DNA of 64,000 nucleotides from an uncultured Atopobiaceae bacterium (GCA_947625235.1 CANQNP010000001.1:6356-70355); one strand, 5' to 3'. Counted from the stretch's first letter, positions 1-10,070 are shown. Notes: generated by a model from the letters alone, not told the origin. A program made the numbers and translations.

Positions 1-808
1 CCACATGCAGGCCCGAGACCGCGATGAGGTGGCTCAATCCCACCTCGGAGAAGAGGTCGTCTATTCCGAAGCGCTTGATGCCCTCCTTGGATCCGAGCAC
101 CGAGGCGGCGACGAGCGCGCGTCCCGGGCTCTCCTCGGGCGCGATGCGCTCGAGGAGCCAACCGCGCAGCTCCTCGAAGAGCGCGCGAAGGCCCCGGGGC
201 CCCTCCTCGCTGAGGACCGACACCACGTCCACGGTTCCCGTGATGCCCTGCACCTGGGAGCTGACGCCCCACGCGTCGTTTCCCGGGGGCTCGAAGCGTC
301 CCACGCAACGAAGGCGGGCGCCGAGGGGAAGGGGCTCGTCGCTCGAAACCCACACGCGACCGCAGGATCGAGATCCGATGCGCACGTCGGCGGCGCTCCA
401 GTAGCCCCGGTCCGTGGGGCTCGGATCGCGCACGATCGTGAGCTCCCATGTGGAGACGGCATGCGAGGCGAGGGCCTCGAGGGAGCGCGCCTCCTGGGAG
501 AGCGTCGCGCGTCCGAGCGCCGCGCCCGCGCACGCCGCGGAGAGCGCGCTTGCGAGCACCGCGAGCACCCGCGCCACGTCGGGCGATGCCGCGTGGCCCT
601 TGCTCGCGGTGGGCGCCCTTCGCGATGCCGCGATGGCGCCCACCGCGGCGAAGGCGGCAAGCGCCCACCAGAGGAGCGGCTCCTCGGGAAGCGTCGTCGG
701 CAGCGCGATCGGCCCCTCGAGCGCAAGGCGCGTCCCGAGGAAGAGGAACGCGAACGCGAAGAGGGATAGCGGGCACGCCGTGCGCGCGGGCCACGCGTGC
801 TCAGACAC
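1..808 (-). CDS. comEC: DNA internalization competence protein ComEC/Rec2, N-terminal part (gene runs off the left edge of the window)
   Basis: Absent from the ORF track because it has no stop in the window. My translation of the minus frame gives a hydrophobic N-terminus and ends at the window edge with ...FGIDDLFSEVGLSHLIAVSGLHV, the ComEC HLxAxSGLH signature. A candidate GTG start at 808 overlaps the comEA stop. It lies directly downstream of comEA. Confidence 0.7.
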   Translation of the reverse strand, partial: MSEHAWPARTACPLSLFAFAFLFLGTRLALEGPIALPTTLPEEPLLWWALAAFAAVGAIAASRRAPTASKGHAASPDVARVLAVLASALSAACAGAALGRATLSQEARSLEALASHAVSTWELTIVRDPSPTDRGYWSAADVRIGSRSCGRVWVSSDEPLPLGARLRCVGRFEPPGNDAWGVSSQVQGITGTVDVVSVLSEEGPRGLRALFEELRGWLLERIAPEESPGRALVAASVLGSKEGIKRFGIDDLFSEVGLSHLIAVSGLHV

Positions 809-1526
809 AGATGAGATCCTTCAGCGAGGCGAATTTCTTCTCGCCGATCCCCGAGACGCGCATGAGGTCCTCGGGCGATGCGAAGGGTCCCGAACTCTCG
901 CGATCGGCGACGATCTTCTTCGCCGTCGCCTCGCCCACGCCCGGAAGCGCGCACAGCTCCTCAACGCTTGCCTGGTTGATGTTCACGAGCGCGGACGAAC
1001 CCGACGTGGAGGCGCTCGTCTCGGAGGGGACCGTTTGGACCACTTCGGACGCGGCCGGTGCCTCAGCCTCCCCCACCGCGGGGATGTGCACCTTGTCCGC
1101 GTCATGCACCTGCGCGGCGAGGTTCACGAGCGAGACGTCCGCGTCCTGCGCGAGGCCGCCCGCCGCCTCCACCGCGTCCATCACGCGGAGGTCGTCGCCC
1201 TCCATCTCGTAGACGCCGGGAGACGCCACGGCGCCATCCACGTGGATGCGCGCCACGCTTCGCGTGGACTCGTCGCCTTGTCCCTGCCCGTCGCCCTCCT
1301 CGTCCTGGCCCTCCGAAGCCTCGGGGGCATCGAGCGCATCCTCATCACCGAGCGCCTCCGCACCCTCTTCGAGGCGGGGGATCTCCGTGGCGGGTGCGCT
1401 CGTCTGCATGAGGAGCGCGCCGGCCGAGCCCACGCAGAGCAGGCAACCGATGATGAGCGTCGCGTGCTTCGAGGCGAGTTGCCTCACGGTCCGTGCGAGC
1501 GATGTCCGATTTCCGATGCGCCTCAT
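801..1526 (-). CDS. comEA: Competence protein ComEA (membrane anchor, SLBB-like region, C-terminal helix-hairpin-helix DNA-binding domain)
   Basis: 241-aa ORF with an N-terminal TM segment (LIIGCLLCVGSAGALL). The C-terminus reads NINQASVEELCALPGVGEATAKKIVADRESSGPFASPEDLMRVSGIGEKKF, a typical ComEA tandem HhH. GGAGGTG lies about 7 nt upstream of ATG 1526. Confidence 0.85.
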   Translation of the reverse strand: MRRIGNRTSLARTVRQLASKHATLIIGCLLCVGSAGALLMQTSAPATEIPRLEEGAEALGDEDALDAPEASEGQDEEGDGQGQGDESTRSVARIHVDGAVASPGVYEMEGDDLRVMDAVEAAGGLAQDADVSLVNLAAQVHDADKVHIPAVGEAEAPAASEVVQTVPSETSASTSGSSALVNINQASVEELCALPGVGEATAKKIVADRESSGPFASPEDLMRVSGIGEKKFASLKDLICV

Positions 1527-1680
1527 CCGCGCTCACCTCCACGGCCATGGTGAGCGGCCTTGCGCGGCGTGGCGCAAAATCGCGAATTATCGCTGCCCTC
1601 GGGCCGACCGGGGGCTGGCAAGGCAAGCCCGAAGCTTCGCATCGCTCGAGCTCAGGGCATGGATTTCGCCCAACAGGGCC

Positions 1681-2958
1681 TTAGCGGGCGCTTCCCTCGC
1701 GATCGCCATCTCCACGAGGCGTCCATCCGGCGCTCGCGAGCGCATCGTGACGCGTCGGGAGGGCTCGCGGAGCCTTATAGCCGGGGCAACCCTCGATGTC
1801 CACGTATTCGAGGAGGGAGAGCCCCTCGTCGATGAGCGCGTCGGGGTCGAGGGCGTCCCACGCCCTTCGCACCACCTCGAGGCGCGCGTGGGTCTCCGGG
1901 CGACGCGGCATGAAGAGCGTGCAGCAATCGGGAGCCTTCTCGCTCGAGAGCTCGAAGGTGCCGATCTCGCGCGCACGCTCGATGATCTCGACCTTGTCCG
2001 AGCCGATGAGCGGACGCAACACGGGAAGCGACCTCACCGCGTCGTTCGTCGCGCGGATGTTGTCGAGCGTCTGCGAGGCCACCTGCCCGAGCGATTCGCC
2101 GGTGACGAGCGCCTTCGCGCCCTCGATCTCGGCGACGCGCTCGGCGATCGCGACCATCGCGCGCCGGTAGAGGATGACGCGGAGCTCGGGCGGGCCTTCG
2201 AGCGCCATCCTCCTTTGGATCTCGCCGAAGGGCACCACGTAGAGGCGCCCGACCATCCCATAGGGGCGAAGCGCCTCGAGGATGTCCTGCACGAGCCATT
2301 CGCTCGCGTCCGAGGTCACCGGCCTTCCCGAGAAGTGCACGGGACACACGCACGCGCCCCTCCTGCCAACCATCCAACTCGCGACGGGCGAATCGAACCC
2401 ACTCGAGAGGAGCGAGACGACCTTGCCCGCCGTCCCCACGGGAAGGCCGCCGGCACCGCGCATGCCCTCGCCGTAGACGTAGGACTCCCCTCCCACCACG
2501 TTCACGGTGATCGTGACGTCGGGATGGTGCATCTGCACGACCTTCTCGGGAAACGCGGCGCAGAGTGCCGCGCCCACGCTGCGGTTGATGTCGAGGGTGT
2601 GCTCGGCGTAATCGGTGTTCGACTTCTTGGCGTGCACCTTGAAGGTGCGGAAGGGCTCGCTCTCGCGCATGGCGAGTATCGCCGCCTCGGCGAAGGCCTC
2701 CTCGGATCGCCCTCCGCGCCAGGCGATGGCCACCCTTGCCACGCCCGGAACCTTCGCCGCGGTCTCGGCGATACCCTCAACTTGCGCTTCATCCTTTGGG
2801 ACGCAGAGGATGCGACCTTGGAATCGCTCGAGCCTCGAGAGCGGGAAACCCGAAAGCGCCGCTCGAAGGTTCTTGAGGAGCGCCTCCTCGAAACGGCGTC
2901 GGTTCTTGCCCTTGAGGGCTATCTCGTGGTACGAGACGAGGCAGACCTTGCGAGCCAT
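1681..2958 (-). CDS. thiI: tRNA 4-thiouridine(8) synthase ThiI (THUMP domain plus PP-loop ATPase, no rhodanese domain)
   Basis: 425-aa ORF. N-terminus YHEIALKGKNRRRFE, PP-loop SSGFDSPVA, and GESLGQVASQT further on. Confidence 0.9.
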   Translation of the reverse strand: MARKVCLVSYHEIALKGKNRRRFEEALLKNLRAALSGFPLSRLERFQGRILCVPKDEAQVEGIAETAAKVPGVARVAIAWRGGRSEEAFAEAAILAMRESEPFRTFKVHAKKSNTDYAEHTLDINRSVGAALCAAFPEKVVQMHHPDVTITVNVVGGESYVYGEGMRGAGGLPVGTAGKVVSLLSSGFDSPVASWMVGRRGACVCPVHFSGRPVTSDASEWLVQDILEALRPYGMVGRLYVVPFGEIQRRMALEGPPELRVILYRRAMVAIAERVAEIEGAKALVTGESLGQVASQTLDNIRATNDAVRSLPVLRPLIGSDKVEIIERAREIGTFELSSEKAPDCCTLFMPRRPETHARLEVVRRAWDALDPDALIDEGLSLLEYVDIEGCPGYKAPRALPTRHDALASAGWTPRGDGDREGSAR

Positions 2959-2961
2959 CGG

Positions 2962-3243
2962 CTAGTCGTTCTGGTTGCCGTTGACGATGTCTTCGTCGAA
3001 ATCGCTCTTGTCATAGCTGAGGGTGCCATCGCCGATCTCCTTCATGGCGATGGAGATGGGATCCTCGCCGCTGATGATCGTCGTCACGTCCTCGAAGCCC
3101 TGCACGTCCGCGACGCGGAGGCGCTGGCCGTGGAGCATGTTGTTGATGTCCGCGGCGCGCTTGGACGCGATCGAGCAGAGCAAAAACGGGTTCTCCTCCG
3201 TCTTGGAGAGCAGCTCGTCGATGTCGGGATTCATGGGGTCCAT
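2962..3243 (-). CDS. rpoZ: DNA-directed RNA polymerase subunit omega
   Basis: ORF 2962..3309 contains NPFLLCSIASKRAADIN, the RpoZ core. I place the start at the internal ATG 3243 (MDPMNPDIDELL), which clears the gmk stop at 3254. Conserved gmk-rpoZ order. Confidence 0.85.
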   Translation of the reverse strand: MDPMNPDIDELLSKTEENPFLLCSIASKRAADINNMLHGQRLRVADVQGFEDVTTIISGEDPISIAMKEIGDGTLSYDKSDFDEDIVNGNQND

Positions 3244-3253
3244 GGGGTTCCTT

Positions 3254-3811
3254 TCACGCCTGTGCAATGCAGCGCGCGAGCTCGTCTGCCGCGCGATCGG
3301 CGTCGTCATTCACTATGCGCACATCATAGAGGGGCGCCATCTCCATCTCGCTTATGGCGTTGCCAAGCCGGCGTTCGATTTCGAGTGGCGTCTCGGTGCC
3401 GCGCCCCCGAAGGCGCCTCTCGAGTTCTTCCATCGACGGGGGCTCGATGAAGACCAGAAGCGCATCTGGCCTCTTCTCGCGGATGGCGATGCCACCCTGC
3501 ACGTCGATCTCGAGGATGACGGGATGATGCGCGGCAAGCGCCGAATCGACTTGCGATTCCGGCGTGCCGTAGCACGCTCCGTGCACCTTCGCCCACTCCA
3601 GCAAGGCACCAGAAGAGACGAGACCCCGAAAGGCCTCGTCGTCTACGAAGTGGTAGTCGATCCCATCGATCTCGCCGGGTCGCGGGGCGCGCGTCGTGCA
3701 GGAAACGCTATGCACGACCTCGGGATGGGAGGCGATGACCTTGTTGACCAAGGTCCCCTTCCCCACCCCGCTCGGACCGGAAACGACGACGAGACGAGGA
3801 GGAAGCGGCAC
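3254..3811 (-). CDS. gmk: Guanylate kinase
   Basis: 185-aa ORF with P-loop GPSGVGKGT and a YHFV motif. The GTG start at 3811 abuts the mihF stop. Confidence 0.95.
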   Translation of the reverse strand: MPLPPRLVVVSGPSGVGKGTLVNKVIASHPEVVHSVSCTTRAPRPGEIDGIDYHFVDDEAFRGLVSSGALLEWAKVHGACYGTPESQVDSALAAHHPVILEIDVQGGIAIREKRPDALLVFIEPPSMEELERRLRGRGTETPLEIERRLGNAISEMEMAPLYDVRIVNDDADRAADELARCIAQA

Positions 3812-4120
3812 TTACTTGGTGAGGAGTTCGATCAGGTGCTCGCGCTGGCGCTCGCCGAGGCCCTGGACGCGGCGCTTGGCGGAAATGCCGAGCTCATCCA
3901 TGACCTTCGCGGCCTTCGCCTTGCCATAGCCGGGAAGCGACTCGATGAGGGCGCGCACGGGCATGCGCTGCGCGGCGGGGTCGTCGGACTTCAGGACCTC
4001 CTCGAGGGAAACCTTCCCCTCCTTGATCTTCTCACGAAGCTCAGCGCGAGCGTGGCGAGCGGCTGCGGCTTTCTTCAGGTTCTCCGCGCGCTGTTCTTCA
4101 GAGAGCTTAGGAAGTGGCAT
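3812..4120 (-). CDS. mihF: Actinobacterial integration host factor MihF
   Basis: 102-aa ORF (PLPKLSEEQRAENLKKAAAARHARAELREKIKEGK...LPGYGKAKA..MDELGISAKRRV). Sequence and the pyrF/mihF/gmk/rpoZ position match the actinobacterial mIHF family. Confidence 0.85.
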   Translation of the reverse strand: MPLPKLSEEQRAENLKKAAAARHARAELREKIKEGKVSLEEVLKSDDPAAQRMPVRALIESLPGYGKAKAAKVMDELGISAKRRVQGLGERQREHLIELLTK

Positions 4121-4214
4121 GGTGTCTCCTCACATATGGTCGAGCGGGCGCAATGAGCTCGCATGAGTGGCAAAGGCGTTTTCCTGACCTGCTACTTTGG
4201 CATGGTTGTTCGTG

Positions 4215-4802
4215 CTATGCAAGCTTTCTCGACCCGGGCGATTCGCTTTTCAATCCCTGTGCGCAGAGGGGACATTCCTCGGGTTCCCATGATTCGATGG
4301 CAAGCGAGAGGAGCGGGTAGAAGGGCGCGTCGAAGAGCCGATCGGTCTGGCGATCGATGAGCGAGACCACGCCCACGACCTCGGCGCCCGCGGCTTCCAC
4401 GAGGTCGCAGACCTCCTTCACGCTTCCGCCGGTGGTGACGACGTCCTCCGCGACGATCACGCGATCCGTGGGCTCGATCGTGAAGTTGCGGCGGAGCGTC
4501 ATGGCGCCGTCTTGCCGTTCCGCGAAGATGAAGTCGCGATCGAGCGCGAGGCCGAGCGCGAAGCCGAAGGTGATCCCGCCCACCGCGGGCGACACCACGA
4601 GGGTCGCCTCGCCACGGATGTCCTCCGGAAGGCGCGAGACGGCCTCCTCCGCGAGCATGAGCGTGGTCTTGGGGCTGCGCATGAGCTGGGCGCACTGCAC
4701 GTAGCGGTTCGAGTGGCGCCCGCTCGTGAGCGTGAAGTGCCCCGTGCGAAGGGCTCCGGTCTCCTCGAGGATGGCAAGGACGTCGGCATCGGTGAGGGCC
4801 AT
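4215..4802 (-). CDS. pyrE: Orotate phosphoribosyltransferase
   Basis: ORF 4215..4892. PRPP-binding motif VIVAEDVVTTGGS. Start set at ATG 4802 (MALTDADVLAILEETGAL), a conserved PyrE N-terminus that does not collide with pyrF. Confidence 0.9.
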   Translation of the reverse strand: MALTDADVLAILEETGALRTGHFTLTSGRHSNRYVQCAQLMRSPKTTLMLAEEAVSRLPEDIRGEATLVVSPAVGGITFGFALGLALDRDFIFAERQDGAMTLRRNFTIEPTDRVIVAEDVVTTGGSVKEVCDLVEAAGAEVVGVVSLIDRQTDRLFDAPFYPLLSLAIESWEPEECPLCAQGLKSESPGSRKLA

Positions 4803-4857
4803 GGCATCTCCTATTCGCATCGCCTTGTTGGATAGTCGCATTCGGATGGATCGTAGC

Positions 4858-5577
4858 CTAGAGGGATTCTGAGATCTCCCGCACGATGTCATCGAAGGCC
4901 CGGCACGGCTCTGGCGCGGCCATGATGGGCCGTCCGATCACGAGCTTCGAGGCTCCGCGCGAAAGGGCCTCCGCCGGGGTGGCCGTGCGCTTCTGGTCGC
5001 CCTTCTCCGCGCCCGCGGGGCGCACCCCCGGGCAGATGAGGAGGGCGTCGGGGCCCAGGAGCTCGCGAAGGCGCCCCACCTCGTGGGGCGAGCACACGAG
5101 GCCGTGCGCGCCGTTCGCGAGCGCGAGCGTGGCAAGGCGCTCGACCTCGCTCGCCACATCGCCTCCCACGCCTATCGATTCGAGTATGTCGCGGTTCATC
5201 GAGGTGAGCACGGTGATGGCGATGAGCTTGGCGCGATCCTTCGCGTCGAGCGAGGACACGCCCCGCGCCGCCGCGGCCACCATCTCGGCGCCGCCGAGGG
5301 CGTGGAGCGAGAGGAGGTCGGCGCCGCTTTGCGCGGCCGCCCTCGCGGCGCCTTCCACCTGGAAGGGGATGTCGAAGAGCTTGAGGTCGAGGAACACGGA
5401 GAGGCCGCGCTCCTTCAGGGCGGCCACGATGGAGGGCCCCTCCTGGTAGTAGAGCGTCATGCCGACCTTCGCCCACCTGAGCCGCCCCTCGAGCTCGCCC
5501 GTGATCTCGAGCGCGCGCTCCCTCGTGCAGTCGAGGGCGAGGATGATCGCGTCCGCCGCTTCGCGCGTGCCTAGCAT
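4858..5577 (-). CDS. pyrF: Orotidine 5'-phosphate decarboxylase
   Basis: 239-aa ORF with ILALDC and DLKLFDIP motifs. The start overlaps the pyrD stop by 7 nt. Confidence 0.9.
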   Translation of the reverse strand: MLGTREAADAIILALDCTRERALEITGELEGRLRWAKVGMTLYYQEGPSIVAALKERGLSVFLDLKLFDIPFQVEGAARAAAQSGADLLSLHALGGAEMVAAAARGVSSLDAKDRAKLIAITVLTSMNRDILESIGVGGDVASEVERLATLALANGAHGLVCSPHEVGRLRELLGPDALLICPGVRPAGAEKGDQKRTATPAEALSRGASKLVIGRPIMAAPEPCRAFDDIVREISESL

Positions 5578-6491
5578 TCGAGCGCCCCCCTGAGGTCGTT
5601 CACGTCATCTACGCCCTGCTCATCCACCCACGCCTCGAGCTCGGCGAGGATCCTCGGCGCGCAATCGGGCTCGTAGAGGTTCTGAGAGCCGATGGAGACG
5701 GCCGTGGCTCCTGCGAGGATGAACTCCGCAACGTCCTCGCCGCTACGCACGCCGCCCACGCCGCACACGGGGATGGAGACGGCCTGGGCGGCCTCCCAGA
5801 CCATGCGCACGGCAATGGGATGGCAAAGGGGTCCCGAGAGCCCTCCCGTGGGCTTCGAGAGCTTAGAGCGACGCGTGTGCACGTCGATCGCCATGCCCGG
5901 GATGGAGTTGATGAGGGTGAGGGCGTCGGCGCCCTCCGCCTCGAGCGCCTTCGCGATCTCGGGCACGCGGGCGGGCGCCATCTTCACGAGGAGCGGTCGC
6001 GAGGTGCGAGGACGCACGGCGCGTATCACCTCCGCCGCACCCTCGGGCGTCGAGCCCATCGCGATGCCCCCGCAGGCGATGTTCGGGCACGAGATGTTGA
6101 TCTCGAGGCCCGAGGCGAACGGCGCGAGCTCCTCGAAGAGCTCGACCGCCGCCACGTACTCCTCCACGGAGTGGCCCGCCACCTGGCAGATGACCTGGCA
6201 ACCCTCGGCGCGAAGTCCCGCGAGGTACTCGCCGCACTGTGCGACCAACCCGCGTACGCCGGGGTTTTGCAGGCCCACCGAGTTGATCATGCCCCCGTAG
6301 ACGTCCGCCATGCGCGGCTGGTCGTTTCCCGCCCACGGCTCGGCCGCGCAGCCCTTGGTGGTGATGGCGCCGAGGCACGAGACGTCGTAGAACCCCTCGA
6401 ATTGCCAGCCGTAGCCGAAGGTTCCCGAGGCGGTGTTGAGCGGGTTCTTCATGGCGATCCCGCCGAGGTTGACCGCGAGCGAGGCACTCAT
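5571..6491 (-). CDS. pyrD: Dihydroorotate dehydrogenase class 1B, catalytic subunit
   Basis: ORF 5571..6581. NPLNTASGTFGYG and EINISCPN motifs. Start set at ATG 6491 (MSASLAVNLGG), giving an ATGA overlap with the pyrK stop. Confidence 0.9.
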   Translation of the reverse strand: MSASLAVNLGGIAMKNPLNTASGTFGYGWQFEGFYDVSCLGAITTKGCAAEPWAGNDQPRMADVYGGMINSVGLQNPGVRGLVAQCGEYLAGLRAEGCQVICQVAGHSVEEYVAAVELFEELAPFASGLEINISCPNIACGGIAMGSTPEGAAEVIRAVRPRTSRPLLVKMAPARVPEIAKALEAEGADALTLINSIPGMAIDVHTRRSKLSKPTGGLSGPLCHPIAVRMVWEAAQAVSIPVCGVGGVRSGEDVAEFILAGATAVSIGSQNLYEPDCAPRILAELEAWVDEQGVDDVNDLRGALEC

Positions 6492-7288
6492 GAGAAGACC
6501 ACCTCCGAGGCAGGGAAGACGGGACCGTCCATGCACGCGCCCTTCATGCCGTGGATCGTCTTCACCGCGCAGGTGGAGCACGCGCCGAAGCCGCAGGCCA
6601 TCGTGCGCTCGAGCGACACCTGGCAGGGAATGCCGAGATCGATGGCACGGGCGGAGACGACCCTCATGAGCGGTTCGGGGCCGCAGACGAGCACGAGGTC
6701 ATAGGCGCGCTCGTCGAGGAGCGCGAGCGCCGGGCCACTGGCAAAGCCCTTCTCCCCCGCGCTCCCGTCATCGGTGGAGACGATGACGCTTCCCGACACC
6801 TGTGACGAGAGCGCATCGGTCCCCCAGAGGAGGCCCTTCGTGCGCGCTCCCACGACCACGTCGGTCGCGATCCCCCGCGCGACGCAGGCGAGCGTCGCGG
6901 CGAAGATGGGAACGGTGCCCGTGCCGCCGGAGACGAGCAGGACGCGCCGCGCATCGTCTGGGATGCTCCAGCCGTTTCCGAGGGGTCCGAGCACGCCGAG
7001 CGTGCTTCCCACCTCGGTGCGCGCGAGGCACGCCGTCCCGGGCCCGACCACCTCGTAGACGAGCTCGATCGCGCCCGCCGCCACGTCGGTTTGCGTGAAG
7101 GAGAGGGGAATGCGCGTGAGCTGCCTCGCCTCTCCCCGCACGGCCACGTTCACGAATTGCCCGGCGCGAAGCAAGGAGGCGAGCTCGCCCACCTCGAGCG
7201 CGATCCTATGGATCACGCCCGCCACGGGTTCGCTCTCCACCACGCGCGCCTCGAAGAGGCGTCCCGTGCTCGGAGCAGGCGCGCCCAT
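6488..7288 (-). CDS. pyrK: Dihydroorotate dehydrogenase electron-transfer subunit (FAD / 2Fe-2S)
   Basis: 266-aa ORF with a ferredoxin-reductase-like fold and a C-terminal cluster CGFGACSTCAV...C. Paired with class 1B pyrD. Confidence 0.9.
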   Translation of the reverse strand: MGAPAPSTGRLFEARVVESEPVAGVIHRIALEVGELASLLRAGQFVNVAVRGEARQLTRIPLSFTQTDVAAGAIELVYEVVGPGTACLARTEVGSTLGVLGPLGNGWSIPDDARRVLLVSGGTGTVPIFAATLACVARGIATDVVVGARTKGLLWGTDALSSQVSGSVIVSTDDGSAGEKGFASGPALALLDERAYDLVLVCGPEPLMRVVSARAIDLGIPCQVSLERTMACGFGACSTCAVKTIHGMKGACMDGPVFPASEVVFS

Positions 7289-8572
7289 CTAGGCCACCTC
7301 CCCGTCCTTCAGCACGTGCCGCCCGGACACGAAGAGGTCGACTGCGCGCCCTTTGAGGTGCGCGCCGAGGAACGCGGAGTTCGTGGACTTGCTCTCGAGG
7401 TAGCGCCTGTCCACCACGACCTCGGCCTCGGGGTCGATGAGCGTGAGGTCGGCGCGCTTGCCCGCTTCGATGCCCACCGGCTCCAAGCGCAGGATGCGCC
7501 GCGGCGTGATGGCCATGGCCTCCACGAGGCGCGCCCAGGAGAGCCGCCCGGGACGCACGAGGTTCGTGATCATGAGCGGAAGCGACGTCTCGAGCCCGAT
7601 CGTGCCGAAGGCCGCGATCTCGAACTCGCAGTCCTTCTCGTGCTTGGCGTGGGGCGCGTGGTCGGTGACGACGCAGTCGATCGAGCCGTCGATGAGGCCC
7701 TCGATGAGCGCCACCGCGTCATCGGGCGTGCGAAGCGGCGGGTTCATCTTGAGGTTCGTCTGGTATGCGTCGGTGATGTCCTCCTCGGTGAGGAAGAGGT
7801 GGTGCGGCGTGACCTCGCAGGTCACGGGCAGGCCGTCCGCCTTCGCGCCGCGCACGAGCTCGAGCGAGCGCGCCGTGGAGATGTGGGCCACGTGGAGCGG
7901 GCAGCCCGTGAGGCGGCAGAGCTCGATATCGCGCATGATCTCGAGCTCCTCGCCGAGCGCGGGCCATCCGAACATGCCGAGGCGCGTGGAGGCGCGGCCC
8001 TCGTTGATGACGCCGTTCTTGGTGAGCGATTCCACCTCGGAGTGCGCGATCACCACGCGGTCGAACTGCGACACGTAGGCCATGCAGGTGCGCATCATGC
8101 CGGCGCTCTGCACGCCGTGGCCATCGTCTGAGAAGGCGACGGCGCCCGCTTCCGTCATGTCGCCGATCTCCGCGAGGGCCTCGCCCTTCTCGCCGCGCGT
8201 GAGGGCGCCGATCGGCCGCACGCGGGTCTTCCTCTCCTCGATGCCGCGATCGATTTGATAGCGCACGGAGGTGCCGGTGTCGGTGACGGGGTCGGTGTTT
8301 GGCATCGTGGCCACGTCCGAGAAGCCGCCCTTCGCCGCGGCGCGCACGCCCGAGGCGATGTCCTCCTTGTACTCGAAGCCGGGCTCGCGGAAGTGCACGT
8401 GCATGTCCACGAGGCCGGGGACGAGGATCTTGCCGCTCCCGTCGATGACCTCGCCATCGCCCGGGGCGAGGCCCGTGCCCACCTCGGCGATCCGCTTTCC
8501 CTCGATCCGCACGTCGAGCACCTCGTCGAGCCCTGTTTGGGGATCGATGGCGCGCACGTTGCTAACGAGCAT
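7289..8572 (-). CDS. pyrC: Dihydroorotase
   Basis: ORF 7289..8581 with metal-binding DMHVHFREPG and DHAPH motifs. ATG 8572 is preferred because GGAGGTG lies 6 nt upstream. GTG 8581 remains possible. Confidence 0.9.
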   Translation of the reverse strand: MLVSNVRAIDPQTGLDEVLDVRIEGKRIAEVGTGLAPGDGEVIDGSGKILVPGLVDMHVHFREPGFEYKEDIASGVRAAAKGGFSDVATMPNTDPVTDTGTSVRYQIDRGIEERKTRVRPIGALTRGEKGEALAEIGDMTEAGAVAFSDDGHGVQSAGMMRTCMAYVSQFDRVVIAHSEVESLTKNGVINEGRASTRLGMFGWPALGEELEIMRDIELCRLTGCPLHVAHISTARSLELVRGAKADGLPVTCEVTPHHLFLTEEDITDAYQTNLKMNPPLRTPDDAVALIEGLIDGSIDCVVTDHAPHAKHEKDCEFEIAAFGTIGLETSLPLMITNLVRPGRLSWARLVEAMAITPRRILRLEPVGIEAGKRADLTLIDPEAEVVVDRRYLESKSTNSAFLGAHLKGRAVDLFVSGRHVLKDGEVA

Positions 8573-9494
8573 CGTCCTCACCTCCGAGCAGGAGATACAT
8601 CTCGGCCATGCGCGTGGCGACGCCGGCCGTCACCTGGTCGAGCACCTTGGCCTCGGGCGAATCCGCCACCTCGTGCATGATCTCCATGCCTCGGTTCATC
8701 GGGCCCGGATGGCAGATGATGGAGCCGGGACGCATGAGGCGCCTCCTGCGCTCGTCCACGCCGAAGAGGCGGTTGTACTCGCGCTTCGAGGGGATGGCCG
8801 CGCCGTCCATGCGCTCGAGCTGCACGCGCAGGAGGTAGACGACGTCCACCTCGGGGATCACCGCGTCGAGGTCCGCCGTCTGCTCGACGCCCCAGTACGC
8901 GGGATCCGCCACCTGGAAGGTGGGCGGGCCCACGAGGATGGGGGTGGCGCCCATCGTCTTCAGGGCGGGCACGAGCGAGCCCGCCACCCGGCTGTGGGAG
9001 AGGTCGCCGATGATGGCCACCTTGAGGCCGTCGAGGTGCCCGAAGTGCTCGCGAATGGTGTAGAGGTCGAGCATCGCCTGCGTGGGGTGCTGGTGCTTGC
9101 CGTCGCCCGCGTTGATCACCACGGCGTCGGTGTTCTCCGTGATGAGGTGGGGGGTCCCTGCGAGCGAGGCGCGGCAGACGAACATGTCGACGTTCATCGC
9201 GCTGATCGTCTGGATGGTGTCCGCGAGGCTCTCGCCCTTCACCACGCTCGAGGTCGAGCCGCCCATGTTGAGCGAGTCGGCCGAGAGGCGCTTCTCGGCG
9301 AGCTCGAAGGACGAGCGGGTGCGCGTCGACGGCTCGAGGAAGAGGTTCACGATCGTGCGTCCGCGAAGCGCCGGCACCTTCTTGATCGCGCGACTGTTCA
9401 CCTCGGCGAACGAGCGCCCCGTGTCGAGGATCTGCGTGATGTCGTCGGCCGTGAGGCTCGTGGTGTCGAGGAGGTGCTTCACCGAAAGCGCCAT
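8562..9494 (-). CDS. pyrB: Aspartate carbamoyltransferase catalytic subunit
   Basis: 310-aa ORF with STRTR, HPTQ and HPGPMNRG motifs. Confidence 0.95.
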   Translation of the reverse strand: MALSVKHLLDTTSLTADDITQILDTGRSFAEVNSRAIKKVPALRGRTIVNLFLEPSTRTRSSFELAEKRLSADSLNMGGSTSSVVKGESLADTIQTISAMNVDMFVCRASLAGTPHLITENTDAVVINAGDGKHQHPTQAMLDLYTIREHFGHLDGLKVAIIGDLSHSRVAGSLVPALKTMGATPILVGPPTFQVADPAYWGVEQTADLDAVIPEVDVVYLLRVQLERMDGAAIPSKREYNRLFGVDERRRRLMRPGSIICHPGPMNRGMEIMHEVADSPEAKVLDQVTAGVATRMAEMYLLLGGEDDAR

Positions 9495-10070
9495 CTAGCT
9501 CTCCTTTCCCGCATCGTCCGTGGTATCGGCCATGTCCCAGATCTCCACCGCCATGGTCCCGTCCGTCTTGGGCAGGAGGACCCGCACGTCCTCATCGGTG
9601 GCGGAGGGCACATTCTTGCCCACGTAGTCCGCGCGAATGGGGAGCTCGCGGTGGCCGCGATCCACCATCACCACGAGCTGCACCGTGGAGGGACGCCCGA
9701 AGTCCATGATGGCGTCGAGGGCGCCGCGCACCGTGCGTCCGGTGAAGAGGACGTCGTCGACGAGGACGATGTCCTTGCCGTCCACGGTGTAGGGGATGTT
9801 CGTGGCGTGCAACACGGGCTGGATGTGGCGGAGCACGTCGTCGCGATAGAACGAGATGTCGAGCGAACCCACCGGCGGGCGCACGCCCCCTATCTCCTCG
9901 AGCTCGTCCGCGATGAGCTCCGCGAGGTCCTTGCCTCGCCTCACGATCCCCGCGAGGGCGATCGTTTCCGTGCCCCCATTGGCCTCGACGATCTCATGCG
10001 CGATGCGCGTAATCGTGCGGCGCATGTCCTTCTCGTCCATGATTTGGGCCTTGGGCCCCCGAGCGCCCAT
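9495..10070 (-). CDS. pyrR: Bifunctional pyrimidine operon regulator / uracil phosphoribosyltransferase PyrR
   Basis: 191-aa ORF with RIAHEIVE and VLVDDVLFTGRTVRGAL (PRPP motif). First gene of the pyr operon, preceded by a terminator hairpin. Confidence 0.9.
   Translation of the reverse strand: MGARGPKAQIMDEKDMRRTITRIAHEIVEANGGTETIALAGIVRRGKDLAELIADELEEIGGVRPPVGSLDISFYRDDVLRHIQPVLHATNIPYTVDGKDIVLVDDVLFTGRTVRGALDAIMDFGRPSTVQLVVMVDRGHRELPIRADYVGKNVPSATDEDVRVLLPKTDGTMAVEIWDMADTTDDAGKES

Noticed and set aside
1681-1800. An Arg/Gly/Pro-rich C-terminal tail of about 40 aa on ThiI, and the lack of a rhodanese domain.
   Set aside because: Rhodanese-less ThiI is the normal form in Gram-positive bacteria. 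The tail is short, has low complexity and may simply reflect a late stop codon. It is not enough to build a claim on.
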